Assembly: GCA_964016885.1 (NCBI GenBank) | Contig: OZ024751.1 | Coordinates: 32,302,001-32,366,000 of the forward strand | DNA from: Eledone cirrhosa | Lineage: Eukaryota | Direction: 5' to 3' | DNA: 64,000 bases | Shown: piece after piece, positions 25,326 to 39,335 of the stretch | How positions within the stretch are numbered: the first letter of the stretch is position 1 | Layout of the letters: each line of letters starts with the position of its first letter | The notes under the pieces: generated by a model | Told to the model about the DNA's origin: nothing | What the model saw: the letters and a program-made list of their open reading frames with translations, nothing else | Databases searched by the model: none | Translations under genes and position numbers: made by a program

Positions 25326-25390
25326 TATTTTATCTGATTAAAGCACACCATAATTTAACTTGGTGTCCTTGAAATATGTATAATGAAATA
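25326..25390 (+). ncRNA. Hammerhead ribozyme copy with G8U core mutation (probably inactive)
   Basis: Same as 24480-24544 but the core reads CTGATTA. Confidence 0.6.
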
Positions 25391-26069
25391 AATATGGTTT
25401 TATAAATATAGTTTCCATTTGTTAATATCGTATTTTTACTCCAATTATTTGTTGAGTGCTTTATATCAGTTATAAAAATATTTGCTTGTTGTATCCCAAC
25501 AATTTAAATAGAACTTTTACATATATATATATATATTTTAAAATCAACTAACTTCCAATATTCATCTGAATTTATTTTATCATTAAAGAGGAAAAAAAAA
25601 AAAGACTACACAAAGACTACGCAATGAAAAATGAAAGAAACAAAATAAAAAGCAAAAATCTTGAACCAATTAAGTGAAAGACAGTCTGACTCATCTAATC
25701 CATTTAACGTTGAATGTTATTGTTATTGTTGTATTGTTTATATCATCATCGCCATCGTCATCGTCGTCGTCATAACAAGACATCGTCATCATCATCCTCA
25801 TCGTGGTCGTGGTCGTCGTTGTTGTCGTCGTGGTCATAACAAGTCGTCGTTATCTACATCATCATCATCATCATCATTATCATCATCGCCATTATACGTT
25901 GTTATTATTATTAATTTCATTATTGTTGATTTTCTGTAATTTGCCAGTGTCATGTCCCTCAGGGTCAAAAGAAAAAAATAACGATTATTATAATTATTTC
26001 AATGACTGCTGCTGCTGTTGTTGTTGTTGTTGTCGTTTTATAGTTGTCGTTGTTGTTATTATAGTTGTT

Positions 26070-26258
26070 TAGGGCGATGGATTGGCAGTATCAGTAGAGG
26101 GTCGGACGCCATGCTTTGACGCATAGAGTTACGGCTCTTTCCATTCTGAGTTCAAATCCCGCCGAGGTCAACTTTGCCTTTCATCCTTACGGGGTCGATA
26201 AAATAAAGTAACAGTAATTCACTGGGTAATTGCTGGCCTTGTGCCAAAAGTAGAAACA
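26070..26258 (+). mobile_element. Full-length tRNA-derived SINE with 12-bp TSD
   Basis: A-box-like TGGCAGTATCAG, B-box GAGTTCAAATC and family core; ATTATAGTTGTT at 26058-26069 and 26259-26270. Confidence 0.88.
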
Positions 26259-27991
26259 ATTATAGTTGTTGTGGTTTGTTGTTGTTGTTATAATAATGAT
26301 AATGTTGTTATTTTCATTATCATTACTGTTATTATGATTATCATTAATTCGTTATTGATGAAGTAAGAGAGGATAATGGGATTTAGTCCTGATGCCTATT
26401 GGATTCTTTTGTCAATTTTTATTAATTGTTATAATCAACATTGCTGTTCGTGTCGTGTATGTGTGTATGGCGTGGATCTTCTTCTCCCCCCCCTTCTCCT
26501 CCTCCTCTTCCTCCTCCCATTTCCAGTTCTGTATTATAGTGACTGTTCCATTGTATAAAGAACCATATTCTGACTTCCTTTTTCTTGATATTATACGTCT
26601 TCAGTGTTAGAATTATTGATTTCTAGAATTTCTTCCGTTAAAACAATCAGCTTAAAAGGGAAGGGGGAACAAGAAAATCCAGGCCAAGCTGGTTTAATCC
26701 TCCGTTTCATTGCTCCCCCGCCCCGCCCTCATCTCCTCTATATCTTAGGATTGTTTTCCTGTTATGTCGCTTGCTCCGCTTATTTCGCTTGGTTAGCTTT
26801 GTTTGGCTGCCTTCAAAGGTTTTGATTGGTTGTTTAGTGTGGCTTGATCACCGATTGGATGGTTTATCGCTTCTTTCGGTGCTTATTGGCATTTGCTATG
26901 GTTTGTTGCCGTTATTATTGATAGTAATAGTGGTGGTGGTGGTGGTGGTGGTGGTGGTGGCATAGGCGGTGGTGTTGGTGGTGGTATTGGGGTGGTGTTG
27001 GTGCTGGTGTTGGTGGATGTTTTTATTAACGATTTTCGAGTTTTTCAGGCAAATTCCCTTAGTTTTTTTTATACGATTAATTAAACTAATATGGTTTGTC
27101 AGGGATCTTAACGAAACACATGAACTGTTGTTGTTTTATTTATTTTTATTGGTTTTGGTTGCTGCAGTTATTGTTATTGGTGTTGCTGTTGTTATTGCTG
27201 CAGTTGTTGATGATGGTGTTGGTGATAGTAATTATGATGATCGTCATGGTGATGATACAAACGATGTTGATGACGACGATGGTGATGATAGCGATGGTGA
27301 TGATTATGATGATGTCAAACGAATGCTGAGGTCAAATAGTCGGTCACAATCGAATGAGTGAAACTAGCAAAAGGAAAACAAAATTAATAAAGTAATAAGA
27401 AATACTTTAAACCAATTGGTTAATTATGTGTTAGGTATCGAACCCTTATCAATAAATCTAATAAATATATAAATAATTCTGGTTTTAAACCAACCAAAGT
27501 TCCTATTATATATTCAGATTTAAAAACATCTACCAATTCCTTACTGTTGTCACAAACATCAATAATCTTCATGGAACAGCAATATAATTCCGAGTGCCTG
27601 TGTTCAATCACTGGCAGTATGACTCTATCGTAATGTGACACCATACATTCCTTAAAACAAAGTTTGCAAAATAAAACCTTCGGCCTAAAAATAGATTCTT
27701 GAAGAAGAATTTGAAAAGGAAATGGAGAAAACTAAAAATATAACATGTAAACAACTGGGAACAACAACAATAGTAACAAGAATACCACCACCTCCATCAC
27801 CACCAACAACAACAACAATAGTAACAGCAAAAGCATTAACAACAACAGCTTATTTATGTGTGAGAAAAGAGTTTATGTTAGGAAGGTTTGTCGGTGCAAG
27901 AAAAAATTATTCCATTTTTGTTTTATTGAAACGATGTACATATATTATACATATATATATATATATATAATTATATATATATATATATAAT

Positions 27992-28085
<94 letters not shown>

Positions 28086-28340
28086 GCACATATGTACGTA
28101 TGTATACACAGTCAACTTCGTATGGTTATTAATTTCACTTTTGCTATGTCCCTCTCTAGTCTTCCTCCTACCCTCCCCTTTACGGTGTGAAGTTTTGATA
28201 ATCAAACGCAATATACAGTTTCAATACACCAACCACCACTCATATTCATACATAGATGCATACATACCCACACATACACGTACACATACACATATATAAA
28301 TGTACACCCCCCACACACACATACACACGCATATATATAT

Positions 28341-28500
28341 ATAGGAAAAGGTATGACCCCGACGGCAGAGCTCAAGCCGTTTCGACGGCTTGAGCTCTGC
28401 AGTCGGGGTCATACCTTTTCCTATTACCCACTCTACTACCCTAAGTATTGAGTACTCTGGTGCGTTATGGTCCACCTGGTTCCTTACCACAATTCTTTCG
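28341..28500 (+). mobile_element. Short dispersed repeat (PLE-like end), copy B, with 40-bp fold-back hairpin
   Basis: Homologous to 24193-24341; 28341-28380 pairs with 28385-28424 with one mismatch. Confidence 0.75.
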
Positions 28501-28501
28501 T

Positions 28502-28628
<127 letters not shown>

Positions 28629-29004
28629 AGAGAGAGAGAGAGTTTGGTTGGGTGGAAGAAAATAAGTGGTATATATCTTCGCACACGAGTTTAACAAAAA
28701 GAAGGTTGAAAGCAATAGAAAACGATGTTAAGACTGGATGTTAGCTGCATAAGTTTCACCAGTCCCCGAGTGTATGTTAACATTATGAATAATGACACTT
28801 AGTTACGTAATCATGAGATTGAGGAGGAGTAGCACCTTTGGTCTTCTGCATTGATCAAAACTGGGCAGATATGCAAACCAAATGATCGTAGTTAGGTAGA
28901 TACAGTATTAACTATAACTCTGCCATTGATACCAATATGTTATCGGAAAGAAATCTCTGAATTGTTATATTTCTATTGTTCTTGGGCTTATTTCGTGCCC
29001 AGTA

Positions 29005-29108
29005 ATAATTGTTTCTACTTTTGGCACAAGGCCAGCAAATACCTAGTGCATTACTGGTACTTTATTTTATCGACCCCGTAAGGATGAAAGGCAAAGTTAA
29101 CCTCGGCG
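29005..29108 (-). mobile_element. 5'-truncated SINE
   Basis: Family core and 3' end GCTGGCCTTGTGCCAAAAGTAGAAACAATT. Confidence 0.85.
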
Positions 29109-29350
29109 CATAATAATAAACATCTTACAGACAGCTTTATTAATATGTGACTGATCACTGATCCCGTAAAACCTAATGGAGACATAAGGGGCGCGATAAT
29201 ATGATGCTTCTGGTGGTGCCTAATCTTTCCCCAACCCAAGCCAATTTTCTCCACAGAACCCCCCACCACCAACACACACACACACACACACACACACAAA
29301 ACTACAACACACAAAACCCCAGAGAAAGTGGAAGAATATCTCCGGGACGA

Positions 29351-29487
29351 GACTGGTAATATATTTATACTAATTTGAAAGAATAATAATCAAAGCTGGC
29401 ATCGGCGAGATTTGAACGCAGAGCACTGGAAAGAATGATGCAAAGCATTCTATTCAACACCCCAGTGATTCGACCAATTCACCGCCT
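29351..29487 (-). mobile_element. Older diverged SINE copy
   Basis: Minus strand AGGCGGTGAATTGGTCGAATC...GCGTTCAAATCTCGCCGA head with a degenerate core. Confidence 0.6.
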
Positions 29488-29968
29488 AACTTTAGTTACA
29501 TAAACCCTACAAAATATTCTGTTTCTGTTATATATGAAATGTTGTGCTGTTACAACGAAATAAAACAGCAAAAAACAACCCTGGTTGTCATTTATAAGAA
29601 AAAACACCAACATATTTTAAAATCATTTGTTTAGGGGTGGGAAAAGATTAAAATGTAAGCTAATGAGAACAAAACAATGTTGACTGTGAGAACCTAAACA
29701 AAACGTGGGTGGTTGCCCTCCGGGTATAAGTGACCCAGAGCTGTTTAATAGATTTGGGTTATCATGTAATTCTCTTTAATTCCTTCAGGCTATTATATTC
29801 CATATCAGAGTTTCCACCAACTCAAGAGCTGCGAGGTTCTGTTGACTTTTCATTAGATTTCATAAAGCAAGAAAACAAGTGACTATGCACGCAGAAACGT
29901 GCGCGCACATCTTCTCCCACACTTATACACACACATACACACAACCCACACTTACATACACACGCACA

Positions 29969-30025
<57 letters not shown>

Positions 30026-30363
30026 CAAAGAAATATAAGAATTCCGTGCTTGCATTTGTGGAAAACAAGCAGCATTTCGAAGATTTAATGAAACTACAAT
30101 AACATTCTTGAAATTTATGTTTATTGTATTGAGATGAAAGTTAAAGAAAACTATGTTACCAGGAAGTAAAATATGGCCTTCCCTTACACACACACACACA
30201 CACACATATAGATAGATATATACATATATATACACATACACATGTATATATATATCGTGGTACGTATAGATTTCTCTCTTGGTATGTGTATTACATTAGA
30301 AAATTGGTATTACATTAGAAAATTGGGTAGTAGGCCAAAGTGTACGCAAACATATTTAAGCAG

Positions 30364-30402
<39 letters not shown>

Positions 30403-31144
30403 CGTGTATGTGTGTGTGTGTGTGCCTATGTACATATATATGTATGTAGATATGTGTTGGTATATATATATATGTACGTGTATATATTATGTTAGGAGTT
30501 TTATCAATGTGTGAATCTGTGAATGAAAATCTCTCTACGTTCAGTAATTTCAGCTTTAAAAAAACCCACAAAAGAACCAAAAACAACAAACACAAAAATA
30601 AAAAAAAAACTGAACATAACAAATTATGAAAAACAAACATAATGAAGTCCTTATAGCAAATGTGTCTCGGAATCTGATAAGGTAAACGTAACGACTGGTC
30701 TCTGTTGGTGGTAGATAGTGGAAGAGAGATGGGTATATGGGAGTGGGCGGAGGGTGTCTGAAGGGAGCCATTGCTTTATTGAAAGGGTAGTGGGATAGGG
30801 AATCTGGTTGTTTGGTTGGTTGGTTGGTTGGCTGGTTGTCAGTGAGGTACACGTAGAATAAAGTCGAGTAAAGAGATTGACTTAAAAAAATTATTCAGGT
30901 GCTATTAACAGATAAGTATGATGTATGAGTATATGTATGTCTACACACACACGCGCGCACACACCCACTCACTCACACACATATATATATACATGTATAT
31001 ACATATACTGTATATATGGAATTATGAATAATTTATTAGAAAATAGTTATATATACACAGACGCACACTGGTGTATGTGTACACAAGTATAAAAAATATA
31101 TTATATATATATGCATATATATATATATATATATGCATATATAT

Positions 31145-31196
<52 letters not shown>

Positions 31197-31319
31197 TGAG
31201 TATATAGGTACAGGGTTAGAGACACAGGGTGAATGATGATGTTAAACAGAGCCAAAAATGGAAGAAAGAGAAAGAAATGTAGATAGCGAGAGAGAAATTA
31301 TAAAAAAGAACGTAAAAAG

Positions 31320-31353
<34 letters not shown>

Positions 31354-31691
31354 GGATTTGGATGGTGTATATAGAAGTGACTTTCCATATATATATATAT
31401 ATGGTTAATGTATTTATAATGTTATGTTCCTCTAAGCCTTTTCAGAACACATTGCAGCAGCTGTAAAACATGGCTTCCGCGGCCATCTTGTAAAATAACA
31501 ACAAAACTACGTAGGCAAAAAAGACAATTAAAAAAATTCGACACCCAGGAAACGTGTGACTGTTTATGTCGGCAGACAAAAAAAATGACATTCGTAACTT
31601 TCGGATGTCTCGAACACGCTTTTTGGGATCTTGTTAAAAATAAAGAAAATAATTTTTTTAAATGTATGTATGTATGTATGTATGTATGTAT

Positions 31692-32236
31692 GTTGGCGAC
31701 TAAACTGGCAACCCCACCAAGGTTTCTTGGTGAGGAGGGTGACTTTGGACATCCTGCAGGACTAAAAACAAAACCTGTCAAAGGGCAAAGGAGCTCTTAA
31801 GAGTCAATGGCCATCCAAAATCACCGGGAGAGATGACCCCTTAGCCTTTGTCAAGGCAGAATTCTAGGAGAAGGAAAACTCTGATATCACACCTGCAACC
31901 CTGATGATATCCAGTGATGTTGACTTGTTCTTCTTTTTGGTAAATATCATCTTGGTTAAGAGAGTGGGACTGGCTTTGTGCAGTGCCTTTGCTCACTATA
32001 AAAACTTCACGGCACAGGCATTGCTTTATATCTGGAGATCTCTCTGCACTTGTCGTCACATGGTACCATGGGCCCAGCACTATGTGTCAATAATTGTCAC
32101 ATGTGTAGTGTTTGTACCAAAGTTTTCAAGTCGCTGGCCGGACTGAAAAGTCACACTCGTTCAGCGCATCGGTAGGGGTCCTCCTACATGGATATAAAGT
32201 AGTGGCCGTACTCGAAAACGAGTTGGCAGCCACCAT
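31692..32236 (+). mobile_element. Non-autonomous bipartite RTE derivative (5'UTR-like part, last zinc finger and 3' end)
   Basis: 32104-32175 translates [23 protein letters not shown], homologous to the last finger of the RTE ORF; the 3' stem-loop matches 15368-15400; CTAGGAGAAGGAAAACTCTGA resembles RTE 5'UTR motifs (recollection); (ATGT)n on both sides. Confidence 0.75.
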
Positions 32237-32243
32237 GTATGTA

Positions 32244-32336
<93 letters not shown>

Positions 32337-32700
32337 GTGTGTATGTATATATAGATGGGAAGCGTGGTGCATATTGTATTAAATTGGGAAGCTACATCAG
32401 TGATTCAAAGCGAAGGCTTTCGTACGGTAACCTATTGATGGGTCCTCTCTGCAAACAATAAAGCCTCGGGTTATAAGTGTTCCATAGCACGAAACTCATG
32501 GACGTCAAGTTACTGCTATAGTGTTAAACAGTAATCTATACTATAAAGCTGACGGCCGTATGAAGGTAACAAACTTTCCGCCAATCGGCTGGACCAAACA
32601 GCACCAAATTTGCACCATAGGTGTAACTTTTTCCAAGTAAAAACGTGAGGGTATTTTTGTCTACTGCATTTTGTTAAAAGATTAAAGACATTATTTAAAT

Positions 32701-32881
32701 GGTAGATTGGCAGAATCGGTAGAGCGTCAGACACCATGCTTTCTAGCATAGTTACGTCCCTTTACAGTCTGAGTTCAAATCCCGCCGAGGTTAACTTTGC
32801 CTTTCATCCTTACGGGGTCGATAAAATAAAGTACCAGTAATGTACTGGGTAATTGCTGGCCTTGTGCCTAAAGTAGAAACA
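32701..32881 (+). mobile_element. SINE nested in the Helitron, 11-bp TSD
   Basis: Family core; ATTATTTAAAT at 32690-32700 and 32882-32892. Confidence 0.88.
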
Positions 32882-33217
32882 ATTATTTAAATATTCGGTT
32901 CTTTAACATTTCAAATGTCAACACTTACGGTTATACGTCATTCCTCACTTTTTCTTATGATGTCACACAACATTCCCCTCTTTTTCTTAGTCTGTATGTC
33001 TGGCTGTTTGCATTAGATAACGTTTTTCGAAATATTTACTTCTGCGTTCACAGACTGACTTTTTAAGTTTCAGAAGATCCCGTTAAAGGTGAAAGCAGCG
33101 ATTCTTTGCTTAAACTTTAATCTGTTATTTTAATATATATATGCGTGTACAGATATTTTTGCATACACAAAAACAAAAACCTATTTATTTCACGAAAGCA
33201 CAGACGGCTTATCGTCA

Positions 33218-33799
33218 TTGTTACTGTTCGAGGTTAGAGGACCACAGTCTTTCCAAGATCTGAGAATCATCAATGGCCATCAATGTTCCACTTACCATTT
33301 GGCTTGCCAGATGCGTGGTATGTTACACGATGACAGCCATTGGCATCTCACCCTGCAAGAAGCAGCAACTGCTAAAGTCCCTTCTCAGCTACGAAAACTT
33401 TTTGCTATTATGCTGCACAACTGCAATCTCGCTGACCCTCTTGCAATGTGGAACAACCACCACGAAAGTCTAGCTGAGGATATCCTCCACCGCACACGCA
33501 GACACAATCCGAACGTAACATACGATGTCGTTTTCAATGAGGCGCTCATTTGTCTTGAAAACAGTGTCCTGGAGATTGGTGGTAGACCTCTAAGTCACTA
33601 CAGCTACCTGCTCCTGGAAGGAGTGTCCAGAGGTCAACGTCTACAGAGCTTCTCCGCGAGACGAGCTACGAGATCAATGATTCTCCCATGGTCAATTGTA
33701 TGTAGGATGCTCTAGGGTGAGCTCGCAAACAATCTCTTCATCTTTGCTCCGGATGGCCGAACAAAAAATATTGTATACTCTGAGGCTCTAACAATGTAA
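33218..33799 (+). pseudogene. Helitron Rep/helicase fragments
   Basis: LLFEVRGPQSFQDLRIING..TYHLAC..RGMLHDD..W...L.EA....PSQLRKLFA is the inter-domain region. It is fused by deletion to the PIF1 C-terminus FSHGQLYVGCSRV (from 33681) and TKNIVYSEAL, with TAA at 33797-33799. Confidence 0.85.
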
Positions 33800-34073
33800 T
33801 TTAAATATTTTCTGTCACTTGGAATTTCCATTATGGTTGTACAAATTATTGTTTCTAAAAAATGTGTTCTCTGTTCAGCCAATTTTCTTTAACGTACTGG
33901 CTGCTGAACTGGGGAATCCTAAAAACTATTCAAATACAACATCAGAGCATGTTAACCCCCCACCTTCTGACTTGAGAGGGCGTGCGGTATCTTTGCACTA
34001 GAGTGTAGGGGGGATTCCTGAAAAAGATAAAATGCCGGTATACCTAGCCCGGCGCCAGCCGGACGGACCATTT

Positions 34074-34155
<82 letters not shown>

Positions 34156-34404
34156 GAGTAATAATAATAAATTTGAAGAGTAAAATCCAAAGCGGGCTCG
34201 ATAAGGATAAATATATATCAAATATATAAGAACCGTAGAGCAAATATTTATTAAAATAACATTAAAGTTTAAGCAAAGAATCGCTGCTTTCACCCTTAAC
34301 GGGATCTTCTGAAACTAAAAAAATCAATCTGTGAACGCACAAGTAAATATTTCGAAAAACGTTGCAACCGAAGGAAGACAGGAAGACGATTTAAACCCAC
34401 CATT

Positions 34405-34860
34405 TTGATGTCATTAATGACAATCCGATTAGTTTTACGGTAATCCTTAGTTACATCATTATGTAGCAGTTGATGGTAAGTACTGCGCTCCACTTGATAT
34501 AGATTGCCAGTTTTGTCGGAGTGGACTTGCACGGCATTAGAATCCTTAATAGACCGAATTCTATTCTTCAGGTCCTGCTGGAAGGAATTGCTCCTATTCC
34601 GAAATTTGATACTCCGTATGAGTTCCAAGACATCATTTTCGAAGGGTAGCAATGCTGGGTTACTCGGAGGGTTATTGTAGGTTTTAAGCCCAAATTTATC
34701 TTGTTTGTTGTTCGCTTTTCCCTGATTATCGAAATAAAAGGCACGCGAACGCAACCTTTTAATGAACGAGTCTGTTTTTTTGTATCAGGAGTTTTAGGTA
34801 TTTCTTGCTGCTTGGTACGGGTATGTTCTTTGTAGAAATATTCAGATGTTGTTTCTGCAT
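34405..34860 (-). pseudogene. N-terminal fragment of a Penelope-like element ORF
   Basis: From ATG 34860: MQKQHLNISTKNIPVPSSKKYLKLLIQK, a frameshift in an A-run, then TDSFIKRLRSRAFYF...LLPFENDVLELIRSIKFR...SDKTGNLY...YHQLLHNDVTKDYRK. This resembles the PLE region preceding RT; a hammerhead is adjacent. Confidence 0.75.
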
Positions 34861-35068
34861 GATGAATATAAGTCAATAGAGTGCTCAACCGAGGGAGCAG
34901 GATCTAAAAATAGAATTCATTCTATTAAGGATTCTAATGCCGTGAAAGTCCACTCCGACAAAACTGGCAATCTATATCAAGTGGAGCGCAGTACTTACCA
35001 TCAACTGCTACATAATGCTGTAACTAAGGATTACCGTAAAACATTTTTTTTGAAACTGTTATATATTG

Positions 35069-35133
35069 TATTTTGTCTGATGAAGGCATACCATAATTTA
35101 ATTTGGTATCCCTGAAATATGTATAATGAAATA
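35069..35133 (+). ncRNA. Type I hammerhead ribozyme, intact core
   Basis: TATTTTGT-CTGATGA-AGGcATACCA(taatttaatt)TGGTATcCCT-GAAA-TATGTA-TA-ATGAAATA; covaries with the 24480 copy. Confidence 0.78.
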
Positions 35134-35172
35134 AATATGGTTTTATAAATATAGTTTCCATTTATTAATATC

Positions 35173-35235
<63 letters not shown>

Positions 35236-35953
35236 AATACAAGTTTTCTCACGAGTCGAGTTTAAGACAAGAACTGTTAATATTCGCTGTACACACACAC
35301 ACACACACACACACACCACACGCACACGCACACGCACACGCACACGCACACGCACACGCACACACACACACACACACACACACGCGCGCGCGCACATATA
35401 TATATATGTATATATATATGAATCTCTCTCTATATATGTAGATATAGATATAGAGAGGGGGAGAGTTTGGTGTTAATTGATATAGGGCGGGGGTATTGGA
35501 AGAGATTTCCGTGTAGTTGTTTATGATTAGTTTCTCCCCAAACTACCAAAACACACATCTATTTGGATATGTGGTACAATTTATGTACATTTTATGTTTA
35601 AGGCATATAGAAGTTTTCTGACCATTTTAGAATACAAAGAGCTAAACCAATCACTACAACTAAATATATGTATATATTGTACGTACGTATATATATATAT
35701 ATATATATATACCACCCACACTATCGTTTTATAGACACGCAATTCCTAAATTCCGTGTTGCCGCCTATTCTGTTCCTACTTTTAATATTCACTTTTTACT
35801 GACTCACACAAAGGCGAGAGACGTGACCAGAATGTGTTTAACGATATGTAAAACAAAAACAAAAGTGTTCTTTTATGTCCAAGAGATTAGAAATTTGGAT
35901 ATTTCCTAACACAGTCTCATATGCCTATATGTACACACATATATATATATACG

Positions 35954-36005
<52 letters not shown>

Positions 36006-36024
36006 ACACATATATATATATACG

Positions 36025-36132
<108 letters not shown>

Positions 36133-36276
36133 AAGAACACTTAATATACATACACACAGTATGCTTTGAACGAACGCAGGAACTTTTTACATGATGAGTG
36201 ATCGGTTTAGTTGAACATTTGTAGTCAGTAAGAGAAAGATTATTTATTTCGGTGAGTGTATGTGGCATTGGGTATA

Positions 36277-38382
<2,106 letters not shown>

Positions 38383-38641
38383 AGTGGCTGTGTTGGCTGG
38401 TTGCTTGTTTTATCTTCATTAGTTCTCTTAATCTTTGAACTCTCTCTAGTGTCAACGCCCAAAGTCCTGACATGTTCCAATCTTTTCTTTTTATGGCTGA
38501 TTCTGTTTCCGTATCCTTGCCTTCCTCTCTCGCTTACTCTAATTCTCCCTCTCAGATTATATATATATATATATATATATAGGTAAATATGCATGTATGT
38601 ATTTATATGTATGAATATATATATATATATATATATGTATA

Positions 38642-38698
<57 letters not shown>

Positions 38699-39282
38699 AT
38701 GTATCTAAGCATGGGCGTATGTATGTATTTATGCATGTGAGTTACCTGTGTATGTATGTATAATTTTAGGGATGTGAGTATGCAGTGGATTGTTCTACAG
38801 GAGATCAATAATATTGAATTTCCATGGAGACACATGACTAATCTTTGTTACCATTATCGCGTTGTTTCCCTATAAAGTCCCATGGTATCTCATCTATCAT
38901 AAATGTTTGTCGATATTCGAAAGCCGTCCTTCTTTTTTTCCCCTAACAAAAGTCTTGATCAATCTCTAATAATATTCGTCTTGTTGGTAATTTGAGTAAT
39001 CAGTGGTAAAAAATAGACATTTAATAGACTTTTAATGGTAGAAGCAAGAAGCAATGAAACGAAGTCAGATGAAGAAGATACAACATACAGAAAGAACAAA
39101 CAGTTAGCTCCTTCCCTTCACGTATTTATTTTATGATTTCATGCTTGACGTATTGCCACTCTCTTGTGTTCCTCTATATAACCGACGTTTCATTGTTGTT
39201 CATGGAAACTCCATTCTTATAGAGGTATAAACACACACACACACACACTCATACACACACATACATGCACACACGCACACGC

Positions 39283-39335
<53 letters not shown>

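Larger units (their letters stand above)
24441..25520. mobile_element. Penelope-like non-autonomous element with ~305-bp inverted repeat (24441-24745 / 25125-25429), each arm carrying a hammerhead
   Basis: Arms are near-identical reverse complements; the same sequence abuts a PLE ORF at 35043-35172; (TA)n on both sides. Confidence 0.8.
32535..34075 (+). mobile_element. Internally deleted Helitron
   Basis: A|TCTATACTATAAAG 5' end; 3' hairpin CCGGC-gcca-GCCGG (34049-34062) followed by TTAG|T (variant of CTAG); RepHel fragments inside. Confidence 0.75.

Noticed and set aside
26070-26258. tRNA gene (A/B boxes)
   Set aside because: No cloverleaf; it is the head of a multi-copy SINE with a TSD.
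29109-29401. Insertion splitting one SINE into two halves
   Set aside because: 29351-29401 is itself a diverged SINE core, so these are two independent copies.
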